A stretch of 64,000 nucleotides of DNA from a virus (Duplodnaviria > Caudoviricetes), in IMG/VR virus record IMGVR_UViG_3300037067_007581, positions 1 through 64,000 of that record, one strand, 5' to 3'. The notes beneath the pieces were generated by a model. The model was not told where the DNA came from and searched no databases. It saw only the letters and a list, made by a program, of their open reading frames with translations. Below, one piece after another: positions 46,060-56,518 of the stretch; positions within the stretch are counted from its first letter, which is position 1, and the number at the start of each line of letters is the position of its first letter. The position numbers and the translations under genes are program-made.

Positions 46060-46231
46060 ATACGATGTGTTCAAATACGGAGAATTTATGTTCCGTGTTG
46101 ACCGCAATCTGAAACCTATTCCAGTTGAAGTGCCAAGCGGAGTAGCAGACCTTCTTCTGCAAATGACGGATAAGAGTTGCCGTTGTCATTATCGGCCTCC
46201 CCGAAAAATGTTTGAGGAAGTTTTTAACTAA
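46010..46231 (+). CDS. Hypothetical protein
   Basis: ORF track; ATG 46010. Confidence 0.45.
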   Translation: MDKKTKKIKFVLPARSRYDVFKYGEFMFRVDRNLKPIPVEVPSGVADLLLQMTDKSCRCHYRPPRKMFEEVFN

Positions 46232-46249
46232 TTAACTACATAAATCCTT

Positions 46250-46807
46250 ATGCCTATTGATGTATCAAAAATTAATACTGGCGGTGCGGTAGTAACTATC
46301 GGTGGTTCAATTTTGAACAACCCAGATGCAGATGGTTATTACTGGGGTACAGTGTCCGGTCTAGATGTCGGCTGTACAACAGGGGGTGTTACTGTAAGCT
46401 ATTCCTTTGAAAAGCAGGATATTTTCTGCGACCAAACCTTAGCGGCAGTAGAATCCTCTATTATTTCAGAAAAAGCAGAAGTTAAAATGTCTATGTTAGA
46501 AACAGACGCTGCGAAATTACGTTATGCTATTCAGCAATGTACTTATATGACTACTGCTGGTGTGGCTAGTAAAATAGGTGTTGGTGGTGTTACAGCATTA
46601 GCTTTTGTGCCATTAAAATTAGAAATTACGGAAAATGACACTAGTAACTTAATCACTTGGACTTTTTATAAAGTATTAACTGGCGGTATTGAAATTAACT
46701 TTGAAAGAGATAATCCAACCAAGTGTGATGTTACTTTTACAGCTTATGCGGATACTACACACGCCGCAGGCCATCAGTTATTCTCAGTTCATGAAGATTT
46801 AAGCTAA
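46250..46807 (+). CDS. Major tail tube protein
   Basis: DVGCTTGGVTVSY...DQ and EAEVKMSMLETD pattern; upstream of the chaperones and TMP. Confidence 0.75.
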   Translation: MPIDVSKINTGGAVVTIGGSILNNPDADGYYWGTVSGLDVGCTTGGVTVSYSFEKQDIFCDQTLAAVESSIISEKAEVKMSMLETDAAKLRYAIQQCTYMTTAGVASKIGVGGVTALAFVPLKLEITENDTSNLITWTFYKVLTGGIEINFERDNPTKCDVTFTAYADTTHAAGHQLFSVHEDLS

Positions 46808-46825
46808 TTATTAATCTAATAGTTT

Positions 46826-47302
46826 ATGTCAAAGATGACACAAACCGAACCCGCTATTCCAAAGTTTAGTTCCTCTATGGAATTAACACTTCCAGCTAGC
46901 GGCGAGGTTGTTAAGATAGAAAAATTGAAAGCTGGAAAATACTATGAGGCTCAAAAAGTTTATGTAGAATGGTTACAACAGATTAGAGAGCTGATTGATG
47001 AGTCTTCTGGTAAAATTGACCCTAAAAAGTTTACAGACGAAAAGGGTAAAGTAGATACTGTTGCTATGGAGAAGGAAGTAGACGCGCAGGGTGGGCATGT
47101 TAATATTGCTGTTATGTTAAGTAAAGCAGAAGGAAGTGCTAAGAAGCAAGTTCAGTTATTAGCCATTTGTCTGGGTAAATCCGAAGAAGAAATTCTAAAT
47201 AATTATTTTCCAGAAGATATGAAATTTCTAGTTGATAAAGCTATTACTCTTAATAATTTTATAGAAAATTTAAGAAAATCCGTAGCCCCTTCAGTAGGCT
47301 AG
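46826..47302 (+). CDS. Tail assembly chaperone (G-like)
   Basis: Between the tail tube and TMP; contains an in-frame slippery heptamer. Confidence 0.75.
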   Translation: MSKMTQTEPAIPKFSSSMELTLPASGEVVKIEKLKAGKYYEAQKVYVEWLQQIRELIDESSGKIDPKKFTDEKGKVDTVAMEKEVDAQGGHVNIAVMLSKAEGSAKKQVQLLAICLGKSEEEILNNYFPEDMKFLVDKAITLNNFIENLRKSVAPSVG

Positions 47303-47730
47303 GGGGAGAATCGGATACTCCAGTATTTGCGGGTGTTCACTTGCCTACGGTAGAACCTTTCTATCTTATAGTGGACACCTTAGCAAAGAGATACGGATGG
47401 TCATTCTCAGAAATATATTGGAATATGTTTTGGGAGGATGTTTACCAAATGTATGAATTAGCATGTAATTTTAATTCACTTGAAACAAATGACGAAATGA
47501 AATTTCAATTCATATTGCATGCGGATTCAAAAAGTAAATGGCAAGATTTGTCACTGCCTTATCCAGATAAAGATTTTATTAAAACAAAAGCGCCCAAAAG
47601 AGAAGAACCGTTCTTTGTTCAACGGGTAACTAAGCGGGAAAAGGCCTCTGTTCAGCAATTAGAAAGAGCCAAATACGTAAAAAATAGGTTAGCCGAACAT
47701 AAAAAGAAACTTATAGAAATGGGCTATTAA
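47257..47730 (+). CDS. Tail assembly chaperone extension (T-like), expressed as a G-T fusion
   Basis: -1 frame open across the slippery site; LAKRYGWS motif typical of GT chaperones. Confidence 0.7.
   Translation, partial: FYRKFKKIRSPFSRLGGESDTPVFAGVHLPTVEPFYLIVDTLAKRYGWSFSEIYWNMFWEDVYQMYELACNFNSLETNDEMKFQFILHADSKSKWQDLSLPYPDKDFIKTKAPKREEPFFVQRVTKREKASVQQLERAKYVKNRLAEHKKKLIEMGY
47266..47316 (+). other. Programmed -1 frameshift signal
   Basis: A AAT TTA (47266-47272) in the correct phase; 5 nt later, stem ATCCG/CGGAT enclosing TAGCC/GGCTA; the -1 frame is open 47257-47730. Confidence 0.8.
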
Positions 47731-47737
47731 TTTACTT

Positions 47738-50700
47738 ATGGCGACTTCATCAGACCAAATTAATATCATAATTAGTGCTGTAAACCAAGCGTCCGCGGTG
47801 CTTAGTCAGGTTGAAGGCGATTTGAAAAAGTTAAGTGATACAGCTAGTAAATCAATGTCTAGCATTGAGAAATCTAGCGAATCATTAATGTCCAGTTTAC
47901 GTAATGTAGGTTTAACTTTAAGCACAGCAGTAACTGCTCCTTTGACTTTATTGGGCAAAGCTATGGTATCTCAAGTAGGGCAATTAGAACAATATAAAAT
48001 TGCTTTTGATACTATGCTAGGCTCCGTAGAAAAGGGCAGTTTTTTGTTGAAACAAATTTCAGATTTCGCAATGAAGACTCCGTTTACTTTACAGTCAGTA
48101 GCTGAAGGTACAAAACAATTATTAGCTTATGGGTATAGTCTTCAAGAAATTATACCTAATTTGCGTATGTTAGGTGATGTCGCCGCAGGCGTAGGCGCTC
48201 CTATTCAGGATATTATTTATCTACAAGGCACTTTAAAAGCACAAGGTCAAGCTTATATGATGGACATTCGGCAGTTAGCTAATAGGGGTATTCCTATTTA
48301 TAAGGAATTAGCTCGTGTTTTTGGTGTTAATGTTTCAGCGGTCAGAGATTTAGTAACGGATGGCAAAGTAGGATTTGCAGAAGTTCAGAAAGCTTTTATT
48401 AATATGACTTCTGAAGGGGGACTATATTATAACTTGATGAAAAAACAGTCTGAAAGTCTTAATGGTATTATTTCTAATATTAAGGATAGTTTTTTGAGAG
48501 TTTCTGCAGCAATATTAGGTGTTACGTTAGAATCAGGAAAATTAAATACTGTTATTAAAGGTGGTGCTTTTGACCAGTTAAAAAATGTTGCTACTTCAAT
48601 AATGAACGCTATGTCAGCATTAGCGGAGGCTTTCAGTAAATTAAGCCCTTCAACGAAAGCGATGATAATAAATTTAACCCTATTAGCCGCGGCTTTAGGT
48701 CCAATAGCTCTATTAATTTGGGGGATAAATGTGGCACTAGGTGCTTTATTAACACCACTAGGTTTAGTTTCTCTAGCTATCGTAGGCATAGTAGCTGGAT
48801 TTGTTATTTTAAAAAAAGTATTTGAAGATTATATTAATAGCCAAACAAATTTTAATCAAGAACAATTAGATACTCTTAATGCTGGATTTGCTGAACGCAG
48901 AGCTTTATTGGAAGAAGCCTATAAAGTAGAATTGGATATTGCCACAAAACATTATACGGAATTAAATAACGAAATTGCTACTGCAGTAGATAACGCTAAA
49001 GCTAAAGAAGGCAAAGCACTTGATGATAAATTACAAAAAGCTAAAGAAAGTTATTTAAAGACTATTGAAGAAAATAAAAATAAAAATAATTTAGTTTCTT
49101 CAGACGACAATGAAACGCATAGCATTTTACTGGATAAAGCAACAAAATATTATGCGGAAGCTTTAAAAGAACATGGAGATGGTATGGAAGCTATTGAGAA
49201 TAAGGTTAGAGAAGGTTATCAAGGGCAGTTATCCGCGGCGGATGAAGAACTGAAAAATATTCTAGAAAGACAAATTCAAGCAGACAGGGATATAGAATTA
49301 GAGCAGATTAAAAGTGCTGAAAAGCAGGGTGGTATTTATGACGCTAAAAATAAAGTAATTTTACTAGGTTGGAACGCTCTTTGGTTTCAGATGAAGAACG
49401 GATTTTTAAAGTGGAGCGAAATAATTTTAACTTCTGTTATAAAATGGGGTAATGATATGATTAGCAAGGGAACTGCCATTGTTAATGGTATTATTTCCGC
49501 ATTTCAAAAAGGCTGGGCAAAAATTAAAGAAGGCTGGGATAATCTAAGAGCTGGTAAAATTGTAGAAGCTGGCATATCTTTTTCAGAGGGTATTTCCCCC
49601 GAGAAACTATTAAGTAATATTATTGTAGAGGCTAATGATAGTATGGAGAGTGCGGTTTCTGAAAATTTAGCCCATTATCAAACAGCAATAGAAGACATAA
49701 ACAAACGATATTCGACAAAGACTGGGGATTATTTTAATATGGACGAAGAATTAGCTAAATCATTAAAGAATATTAAAGACAGTATTAGTTCTGTAAATAC
49801 GGAATTAGACAAAGAGCCTACGGGTGGGGATAGTGCTAGTGATAAGGCTAATAAGCTAGAAAAACAGGTTAAAGAATTAGGGCAAACCCTAGAAGATTAT
49901 GGTGTTTTTGCTATTAAAGCAGGAGATAAAGTTGTTGCTACTTTTAAGGATGCTCGGGGGGGTGTAGACGCGGCAAAAAAGGCTATTGAAGATTTAAATA
50001 AATCGCATGAAACTTTTGGAAATGACGTAATAGAAATTGAGAATAAAATAGGTAAATCACTTGATGAAGAATATACTAAGCGGGAAAAAAGCTTAGATTC
50101 TTATGATTCAGTAAATGAGAAATTAAAAGAAGTCAGTAAGAATGTAGACACGATTATCTCTAAACATCAAAAATGGCTTGATGACGCTAAAAAAGGTTTA
50201 GAGGATTATGATACTTCTTTACTGAAAATTAATGAAGACTATAAAAAAATAGCTAGGGAATTACAGGAAAGTTCTGCGGAAGAGTTAGTTAATGGTTATG
50301 TTGACGCAGAAGAAAAAAGAGCAGAAGCTATTGAGAAAGTTCAGGAAGCCCAAGAAGATTTAGATAAGCTATTATCTAGTGGTACCGCAGAAGGAGATTC
50401 GATAGCGGATGCTACTAAAAAGGTTGCGGATTTAACTGCGGAATTAGATAAGATTAATAAGTATCAGGCTGATTTTAATAATCTAAAAAATACTACTACT
50501 GATTTTGCGACTCAATTAGAGGCTGTAAAAAAACAATTAGAAAACACTACCTTATCCGAAGAAGAAAGAACTCGCTTAATAAGAGAGCAATATACTTTAA
50601 TGGGTAAACAACAGCTAATGGGAGAAGCTTTAGCGGATGTTGATAGCGAAATGGCTGATTTTAAAGCAGAACAACAATTATCAGAAATTGATTTTATTGC

Positions 50701-51397
50701 TTATAAATTAGGTAAAGAATTAGAGGCTACAGAAATTAAAAAACAAGCGGAAATTAAGGCTCTTGAAGATATGAAGAAAGTTAATGAAGCTATTATGGCT
50801 GGAACTATTGATATTGAAGCGTTAAAAGCTGGCGGTGTTACTTCTGAAGAAGCTTTATTAAAAGCACAACAAGCACAACAGGATTTGGTAGATTATCAAT
50901 CAAAATTAGAGGCTCAAAAACTTCTTTTAGAGCAATACAAAAATGAAGAAGTTACGATTTATTCCAATACCAGATTACAATTAGAAGAACAACAGGCGAT
51001 TTATGAATCTTATTTAACGGCTAGTATAGATAGATTAATAAAGAAGTATCAGGAATTAGCCGCGGCGGCAATATCTGCAAAAAATGCTGGAGCTTCTACT
51101 CCTAGCGCTACTCCAATAGCACCATATTCTTCTGGAGGATTTACTCCTATTGGGAATATTAGCGATATAGCCGGCGTAGTTCATAAGGGAGAATGGGTGG
51201 CGCCAAATTGGATGATAAAGAAATTTGGAGACCTATTTAAAAATCTAGAAGGTGTTAGAACGAATAGAGGGTTTTCAGGAGGCGGTTATACTTCTCCAAC
51301 ATATAATCAAACCTTTAATATGAATAATAATATTAATGACATGTTAGACTTTAACGCTATAATGAAAAATGCCGCTTGGATAATGAGGTCAATGTAA
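47738..51397 (+). CDS. Tape measure protein
   Basis: 1219 aa helical protein; AFDTMLGS...FAMKTPF tape-measure domain, hydrophobic segment, GIVHKGEWV-like C-terminal motif. Confidence 0.92.
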   Translation: MATSSDQINIIISAVNQASAVLSQVEGDLKKLSDTASKSMSSIEKSSESLMSSLRNVGLTLSTAVTAPLTLLGKAMVSQVGQLEQYKIAFDTMLGSVEKGSFLLKQISDFAMKTPFTLQSVAEGTKQLLAYGYSLQEIIPNLRMLGDVAAGVGAPIQDIIYLQGTLKAQGQAYMMDIRQLANRGIPIYKELARVFGVNVSAVRDLVTDGKVGFAEVQKAFINMTSEGGLYYNLMKKQSESLNGIISNIKDSFLRVSAAILGVTLESGKLNTVIKGGAFDQLKNVATSIMNAMSALAEAFSKLSPSTKAMIINLTLLAAALGPIALLIWGINVALGALLTPLGLVSLAIVGIVAGFVILKKVFEDYINSQTNFNQEQLDTLNAGFAERRALLEEAYKVELDIATKHYTELNNEIATAVDNAKAKEGKALDDKLQKAKESYLKTIEENKNKNNLVSSDDNETHSILLDKATKYYAEALKEHGDGMEAIENKVREGYQGQLSAADEELKNILERQIQADRDIELEQIKSAEKQGGIYDAKNKVILLGWNALWFQMKNGFLKWSEIILTSVIKWGNDMISKGTAIVNGIISAFQKGWAKIKEGWDNLRAGKIVEAGISFSEGISPEKLLSNIIVEANDSMESAVSENLAHYQTAIEDINKRYSTKTGDYFNMDEELAKSLKNIKDSISSVNTELDKEPTGGDSASDKANKLEKQVKELGQTLEDYGVFAIKAGDKVVATFKDARGGVDAAKKAIEDLNKSHETFGNDVIEIENKIGKSLDEEYTKREKSLDSYDSVNEKLKEVSKNVDTIISKHQKWLDDAKKGLEDYDTSLLKINEDYKKIARELQESSAEELVNGYVDAEEKRAEAIEKVQEAQEDLDKLLSSGTAEGDSIADATKKVADLTAELDKINKYQADFNNLKNTTTDFATQLEAVKKQLENTTLSEEERTRLIREQYTLMGKQQLMGEALADVDSEMADFKAEQQLSEIDFIAYKLGKELEATEIKKQAEIKALEDMKKVNEAIMAGTIDIEALKAGGVTSEEALLKAQQAQQDLVDYQSKLEAQKLLLEQYKNEEVTIYSNTRLQLEEQQAIYESYLTASIDRLIKKYQELAAAAISAKNAGASTPSATPIAPYSSGGFTPIGNISDIAGVVHKGEWVAPNWMIKKFGDLFKNLEGVRTNRGFSGGGYTSPTYNQTFNMNNNINDMLDFNAIMKNAAWIMRSM

Positions 51398-51424
51398 ATA
51401 TTTTTAAATATTAAGTAAAAACAT

Positions 51425-53365
51425 ATCTTAAATTACATCTATACTATTACAAATTCTTATACTGGAGAATCGGTATACATTAATGCTAATAACATTAATG
51501 GAGTGCCTGGTACCATTACTTGTGGTGCTGGAGAAGGTTTAATTTTGCAGGAATATCCTGGTTTTGAATTAGATGTTAGAAATGAAGAACAGGTAAAAGC
51601 AGGTCAGCATGGAATTTGGGATTTTTTCAGTTTTTATGGTAAGCGGAATATTACTTTTTCTGGAATAATATTAGGAGCAGACCATTCAGAAGTAGTGACT
51701 TTAGAAGAAAGATTAAAAAAGGTGTTTTCTCTTCCCTCTCAACCCATTGAGAATATTAATGATGGTTATATCACTATCAGCTGGGTAGATGTTCTAGGAC
51801 AGGCATGGCAACTAAACGCTAAAATACAGCAGGATTTACAATTTAGAAGAACTCTTGGGATAAAAAATCAGGCAAGCTTTTTTATTAGTTTAAAAGCAAG
51901 CGACCCCTATATTTTATCCGTAGATGAATTTTTAATAACATCTTTAATGGGCTGGAGACAAGGACAATTTATCTTGCCTTCGTTTTTACCTAACAATATT
52001 AATATCTTTTATAATAATTTAGTTCAGTTTTATCAAAACGGAACTTCCGAAGCACCTGTTACTTTTAAACTTTATGGCTCATCTTCTAATCCTAAAATAA
52101 CTAAACTAGTAGAAGATTTTTCTTCCAGTAGTTTATTGTCCAATTTTAATTCAGGCTGGATTGGTGGTACTGATGATACAGACCATTTTCAGACTACTTC
52201 TCCTGGTAGAAAATTAACATCTTCTGGTTCCCAAGATTTTATGAATTTAGCAGGTAGTTTTGATTTAGATTATTCTAATACTTTTACCGAAGATACTATT
52301 TTAAATAGTTGCGATGGTTATGCTTTAGATGGAACTTTTATAGGATTATATGACGCTACTAATGTACGGACGGATTTAGTGGAAAAAATAGAAGGTAGAG
52401 GTGCTGTTGCGTTTGATATTGTTGTTAGCATAAGCCCTAATAATTATGCAGAATTAAGAAATACTACAATATCTTTAAAAGATATAACGGATTTTGATGA
52501 TGGTTATTTAGAATTTTATACCTATATTCCTGATGTAACCAATATAACATCAATTGATTTGACTGTGGGTAGTAATTCGGGTGCTAATGGTTTAACCTCT
52601 AGTATTACTACTGATTATCTAGGCAACCCTTTTTCTAATGGCTGGAATAAACTTCAAGTAGATTTTTCAGCAATGACTACTTATGGTACAGGCTTAGATT
52701 ATTCCGCTCTTGATACAGCCATTATAAGATTTAATTATGGTGCTGGTCAGGGGGATATGAATGATTGTAGAATAGATTGTCTTACAGCTTATAAGAGAAT
52801 AAGAAGGCAGTGGATAACTTTTTGGATGTATATTGACGATATCAGTAATATGGCTATTGGTGATTATTCTACAAGCCAGAATTATATCAAGTTTTCCGAA
52901 ACTATTGGAGTTGATGAATTTGTGCTAGATTTTAGAACTATTAATGCTACGCTACAAGATGGTTGGAATTTTTGTAAAGTTCTAAAAGACCAGTTTGAAA
53001 TTATTGGTAGTCCTAGCTGGAATAATATTGTTAATATAGAGTTTAGTATTAAATCTCGCCCATTAACATCCTTAAATATTACTTTTTCAGATTTATATGT
53101 TCAGAATATTGACTTTACGGAATATAAACTAGAATTAGCGTATGTAATACCTTCAGGCAGTTATGTAGAATTTGATTCTAAAGAAGGTACTATTCTTCTT
53201 GATGGTATAACAGATGTTTCCTCTTATCTAACTTCAGATAGCGAATGGTTTTATGCCAGCCCAAAACAAAATACTTTTATTTATGAAAGTGATACTAACC
53301 CTAATATAACTTTTGAATATCCTACACAAAGATTTGATGTAAGTTGGCGGGATGCTATGTTATAG
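51425..53365 (+). CDS. Distal tail (Dit-like) protein with inserted carbohydrate-binding-like domains
   Basis: Follows the TMP; RNITFSG, ISLKASDPY and FDVSWRDAML; frame open from 51419, proposed start ATC 51425 (ORF track: GTG 51503). Confidence 0.7.
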   Translation: MLNYIYTITNSYTGESVYINANNINGVPGTITCGAGEGLILQEYPGFELDVRNEEQVKAGQHGIWDFFSFYGKRNITFSGIILGADHSEVVTLEERLKKVFSLPSQPIENINDGYITISWVDVLGQAWQLNAKIQQDLQFRRTLGIKNQASFFISLKASDPYILSVDEFLITSLMGWRQGQFILPSFLPNNINIFYNNLVQFYQNGTSEAPVTFKLYGSSSNPKITKLVEDFSSSSLLSNFNSGWIGGTDDTDHFQTTSPGRKLTSSGSQDFMNLAGSFDLDYSNTFTEDTILNSCDGYALDGTFIGLYDATNVRTDLVEKIEGRGAVAFDIVVSISPNNYAELRNTTISLKDITDFDDGYLEFYTYIPDVTNITSIDLTVGSNSGANGLTSSITTDYLGNPFSNGWNKLQVDFSAMTTYGTGLDYSALDTAIIRFNYGAGQGDMNDCRIDCLTAYKRIRRQWITFWMYIDDISNMAIGDYSTSQNYIKFSETIGVDEFVLDFRTINATLQDGWNFCKVLKDQFEIIGSPSWNNIVNIEFSIKSRPLTSLNITFSDLYVQNIDFTEYKLELAYVIPSGSYVEFDSKEGTILLDGITDVSSYLTSDSEWFYASPKQNTFIYESDTNPNITFEYPTQRFDVSWRDAML

Positions 53366-53436
53366 AACCCCCTAATTTGCCTAAATTTGCCCTTTTAAGG
53401 GCAGTATAGCAAGTAAAAGGTATAATTTTAACCTTT
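53363..53436. repeat. Bipartite intergenic element, copy 2
   Basis: TAGAACCCCCTAATTT ... AGGTATAATTTTAACCTTT, block starts 55 nt apart. Confidence 0.6.
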
Positions 53437-53448
53437 AATTATAAAAGT

Positions 53449-54531
53449 ATCTACAAACTAACTATATACAATAAAGACTTTTCAGTAGCATTAACCTCCT
53501 TGTTCCTTGGAGCAGACATTTATAATTTATCTTATTCTAATGAAATAAATAAGCCCGGAGCATTAACTTTTTCTATTCCCATTAAAAATGGTAAGGCAAG
53601 TACCCTAAATTTGAAACCTTTTAATAAAGTTATTTTAGAGAAAGGAACTACTGGTAAATTTATAGGTTATATTGAGGATATGCAAGTTGATTTAAATCAG
53701 ATACTAGTAAATTGCGTAGGTATGCTAGGTTTCTTTAAGTATAGACTTTATTCAGCCAATATTTTAGCAACTCCAGCTAATACAGCTATCTCAAATATTC
53801 TGACAACAGTAAATGCTTCAGATAATACAGGTATTACTTTAGGCACAGCAACTGTTACTAATATAGTAAATGATATTAACTTTAGTCGTTCAGACGTTTT
53901 ATCCGCTTGGCAAAAAATTGCCCAAATGGCAAATAATTCTGAGTTTATAATTAATACGGATAAGACTTTAGACTTTTTACCCAAACTAGGAACTGACAAA
54001 AGCGGTACAATAGTTTTTAGGTATATTAGCAGTCAAATTAATACAGCAACCATATATGATTTTAATATAGAACTTTCTGGTAAAGACATGGCTAATTCTA
54101 TTCAGGGATATACTTCGGGGCTTTCCTCTTTTCAGCAAGACGCTCCTTCAATATTAGTGTTTGGTCAATTAGACGAAGCTAAAGATTTTAGCCAAACTAA
54201 TAATGGGCTCGATTTAGCAAGTGAGGTTTTAAGTTATCTTGATAACCATAAAAGTGAATTTTATGTGCCTAAAATAGTCCCCAATATACAAAAAATAGAT
54301 ATAGAAAGTTTTGATTTAGGGGATATTGTAAAAATTAAATTAGACAACGGATTTATTTCAATAGACGAAAACCAAAGAATTATTAAAAAAACTATTAAAA
54401 TCTCAAATAATTTAAAAGAAAACTGCGAGCTTAATTTATCTTCTGTAACTAAGAATTTATTGCCCTCTCCTTTTCTAGGTGATATACTGGAAATGGAAAA
54501 AAGAATTAAATTACTCGAAGGAAATATTTAA
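53449..54531 (+). CDS. Baseplate hub / Tal-like tail protein
   Basis: LSYSNEINKPGALTFSI and FDLGDIVKI; proposed start ATC 53449 (ORF track: TTG 53500). Confidence 0.7.
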   Translation: MYKLTIYNKDFSVALTSLFLGADIYNLSYSNEINKPGALTFSIPIKNGKASTLNLKPFNKVILEKGTTGKFIGYIEDMQVDLNQILVNCVGMLGFFKYRLYSANILATPANTAISNILTTVNASDNTGITLGTATVTNIVNDINFSRSDVLSAWQKIAQMANNSEFIINTDKTLDFLPKLGTDKSGTIVFRYISSQINTATIYDFNIELSGKDMANSIQGYTSGLSSFQQDAPSILVFGQLDEAKDFSQTNNGLDLASEVLSYLDNHKSEFYVPKIVPNIQKIDIESFDLGDIVKIKLDNGFISIDENQRIIKKTIKISNNLKENCELNLSSVTKNLLPSPFLGDILEMEKRIKLLEGNI

Positions 54532-54547
54532 AAATTAATAAGATACT

Positions 54548-56509
54548 ATGTCGATAAAAACATACATAATCAATAGTAATCAAGCAGAATATACTGATTC
54601 TGAGTTTAGTGCTATTCAGACAGAATTATATGACGAGGGTGTTTTAAATCAACAGGCTTCTAATAACGATTTAGAGGTTATTCAGCATGGAGCAGGAGAC
54701 ATGACTGTTGATATTAGAGCCGGTGGTTGTTTAATTGATTATTTAAAAAATGGGGATACCTGGAAAGTTATTACTAAAAATAATGCTACGGTAAATAAGG
54801 TTATTTCAGCAAATGCTGGAGGTACTAATCGTGTTGATGCGGTTATAGTACATCTAAAACAAACGGAGCCAAATTCCTTGAAGAATAATGTAGCAGAAAT
54901 AGTAGTAGTTACCGGAACAGGAATAACAGCGTTAACAGATGGTGATATAGATACAGCAGAAGGGGATACTAATTGGTATAGATTAGCGGATATTACAGTA
55001 GTCCCTGCTGCTACACAAATTTTAACAGCAGATATTACTGACACAAGAACTCCTGTGGCAATAGGTATTAATACAGGTGGTTATCAAACTATTTTCCATG
55101 GTAATATTGTAGAAAACCCAATGATAGCTAATTTAGACTGTGCGAGTTTTCAAATCCAAAATACTGGGGATATTTATCCTGATGTGGACAGTACGCGAGA
55201 TATCGGCACACCTCTTAATAGATATGACCATATTTATGCCGATTATTTTGATGGGGATGGCAGTGGAATTACAGGCGTAGGAGCAGATTCAGAAATTATT
55301 ACCTTAATAGCTGGTGAAAATATTAATGCTGGAGACGAATTAACTTATTTGAAATTTACTTCTTTTGCTCAAACAGATAAGACTTATGTTGATAGTGCTA
55401 ATCCTACAACTAACTATAATGCTTCTCCATATATTTATACTGCTACTACGGAAAAGATTTATATCCATTTTCCAGTTACTGCTAATATTCCAGTAGGAGC
55501 TACTGTTGAGTTTGCAGAATTAACATTTACTAATTACGCGGCAGGTTCTAGTGGTAATGGAGGAACAGCACAAGTATCTATTCCAGATACCGATTGGGTC
55601 TCTACTACCCTAACCTGGAATAACCAACCTGCTGGTTCTTTAGTTTCAGAAACAGCAAGATACGTATGGAGAATTGGAGGCGGAGCAGGAGATTTGAAAA
55701 ATTTCCATGATGTTACTAATTTAGTTCAAGGAATACGAGCAGGAACGTATGCTAATAATGGATTTAGAATTTTTAGTGCGGCGGTTGGCGCTTATAGTAA
55801 TACTATTGGATATACCGCGACAGGTTTATTATCCGTATTTTATAGAGAAACAGGTAAAGTCTATAAATTTAGCACTTCTACTGATAGAAGTAAAAGAGGA
55901 ACTATGGCTAAATATGCCGGAATTGCTATTGACACAGTATCCGCAGGAGACCCTGTAAGAATTAGAATTAGTGGCAGATGTCCTGAAAAAACAGGTTTAA
56001 CGCCAGGAGCTTATTATTATGCTCAAAATAATAATACTATTTCAACCACGCCTGATGCAATATTGTCCGTTAAAATAGGTAAGTCGGATGCCGATGGAAA
56101 TTTAATATTATTTCCTAATGTAGAGTTACTATACGAAGGCTCTTTTTCTAGTGCCTTAACTAATGAGTGGACTTATTTTGCTACTTATGCGGCAGTCCCT
56201 GCTAATTATCTTTTAGAATTTTATGCACCTTATTTAGGCTTTCAGGCTGTAAATATGGACTGGCAAACTTTTAATACTGCAGGAACAATAGGTTGGATGT
56301 CTCATTGGTCTATTAATCAAACTGCTTCTTATGCTTATATAGTTAATAATACAAGTAATGGTATTTATAATAATGTGTATTTAGAGAATTATTTAATAAC
56401 TCCACCAGCTTTTACATATGTCAATGGCCGATATGCTAGACTCGCAGGAAGTATCCCAAGCGCAGCGTTAGTCACTGCTTATAGAATATTTAGGGCTACT
56501 AATTATTAA
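54548..56509 (+). CDS. Tail fibre / receptor-binding protein with DNRLRE-like domain
   Basis: N-terminal GDMTVDIRAGG, RVDAVIV and WYRLADITV; central DKTYVDSANPTTNY...LTWNNQP. Confidence 0.7.
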   Translation: MSIKTYIINSNQAEYTDSEFSAIQTELYDEGVLNQQASNNDLEVIQHGAGDMTVDIRAGGCLIDYLKNGDTWKVITKNNATVNKVISANAGGTNRVDAVIVHLKQTEPNSLKNNVAEIVVVTGTGITALTDGDIDTAEGDTNWYRLADITVVPAATQILTADITDTRTPVAIGINTGGYQTIFHGNIVENPMIANLDCASFQIQNTGDIYPDVDSTRDIGTPLNRYDHIYADYFDGDGSGITGVGADSEIITLIAGENINAGDELTYLKFTSFAQTDKTYVDSANPTTNYNASPYIYTATTEKIYIHFPVTANIPVGATVEFAELTFTNYAAGSSGNGGTAQVSIPDTDWVSTTLTWNNQPAGSLVSETARYVWRIGGGAGDLKNFHDVTNLVQGIRAGTYANNGFRIFSAAVGAYSNTIGYTATGLLSVFYRETGKVYKFSTSTDRSKRGTMAKYAGIAIDTVSAGDPVRIRISGRCPEKTGLTPGAYYYAQNNNTISTTPDAILSVKIGKSDADGNLILFPNVELLYEGSFSSALTNEWTYFATYAAVPANYLLEFYAPYLGFQAVNMDWQTFNTAGTIGWMSHWSINQTASYAYIVNNTSNGIYNNVYLENYLITPPAFTYVNGRYARLAGSIPSAALVTAYRIFRATNY

Positions 56510-56518
56510 CTTTTTAAT

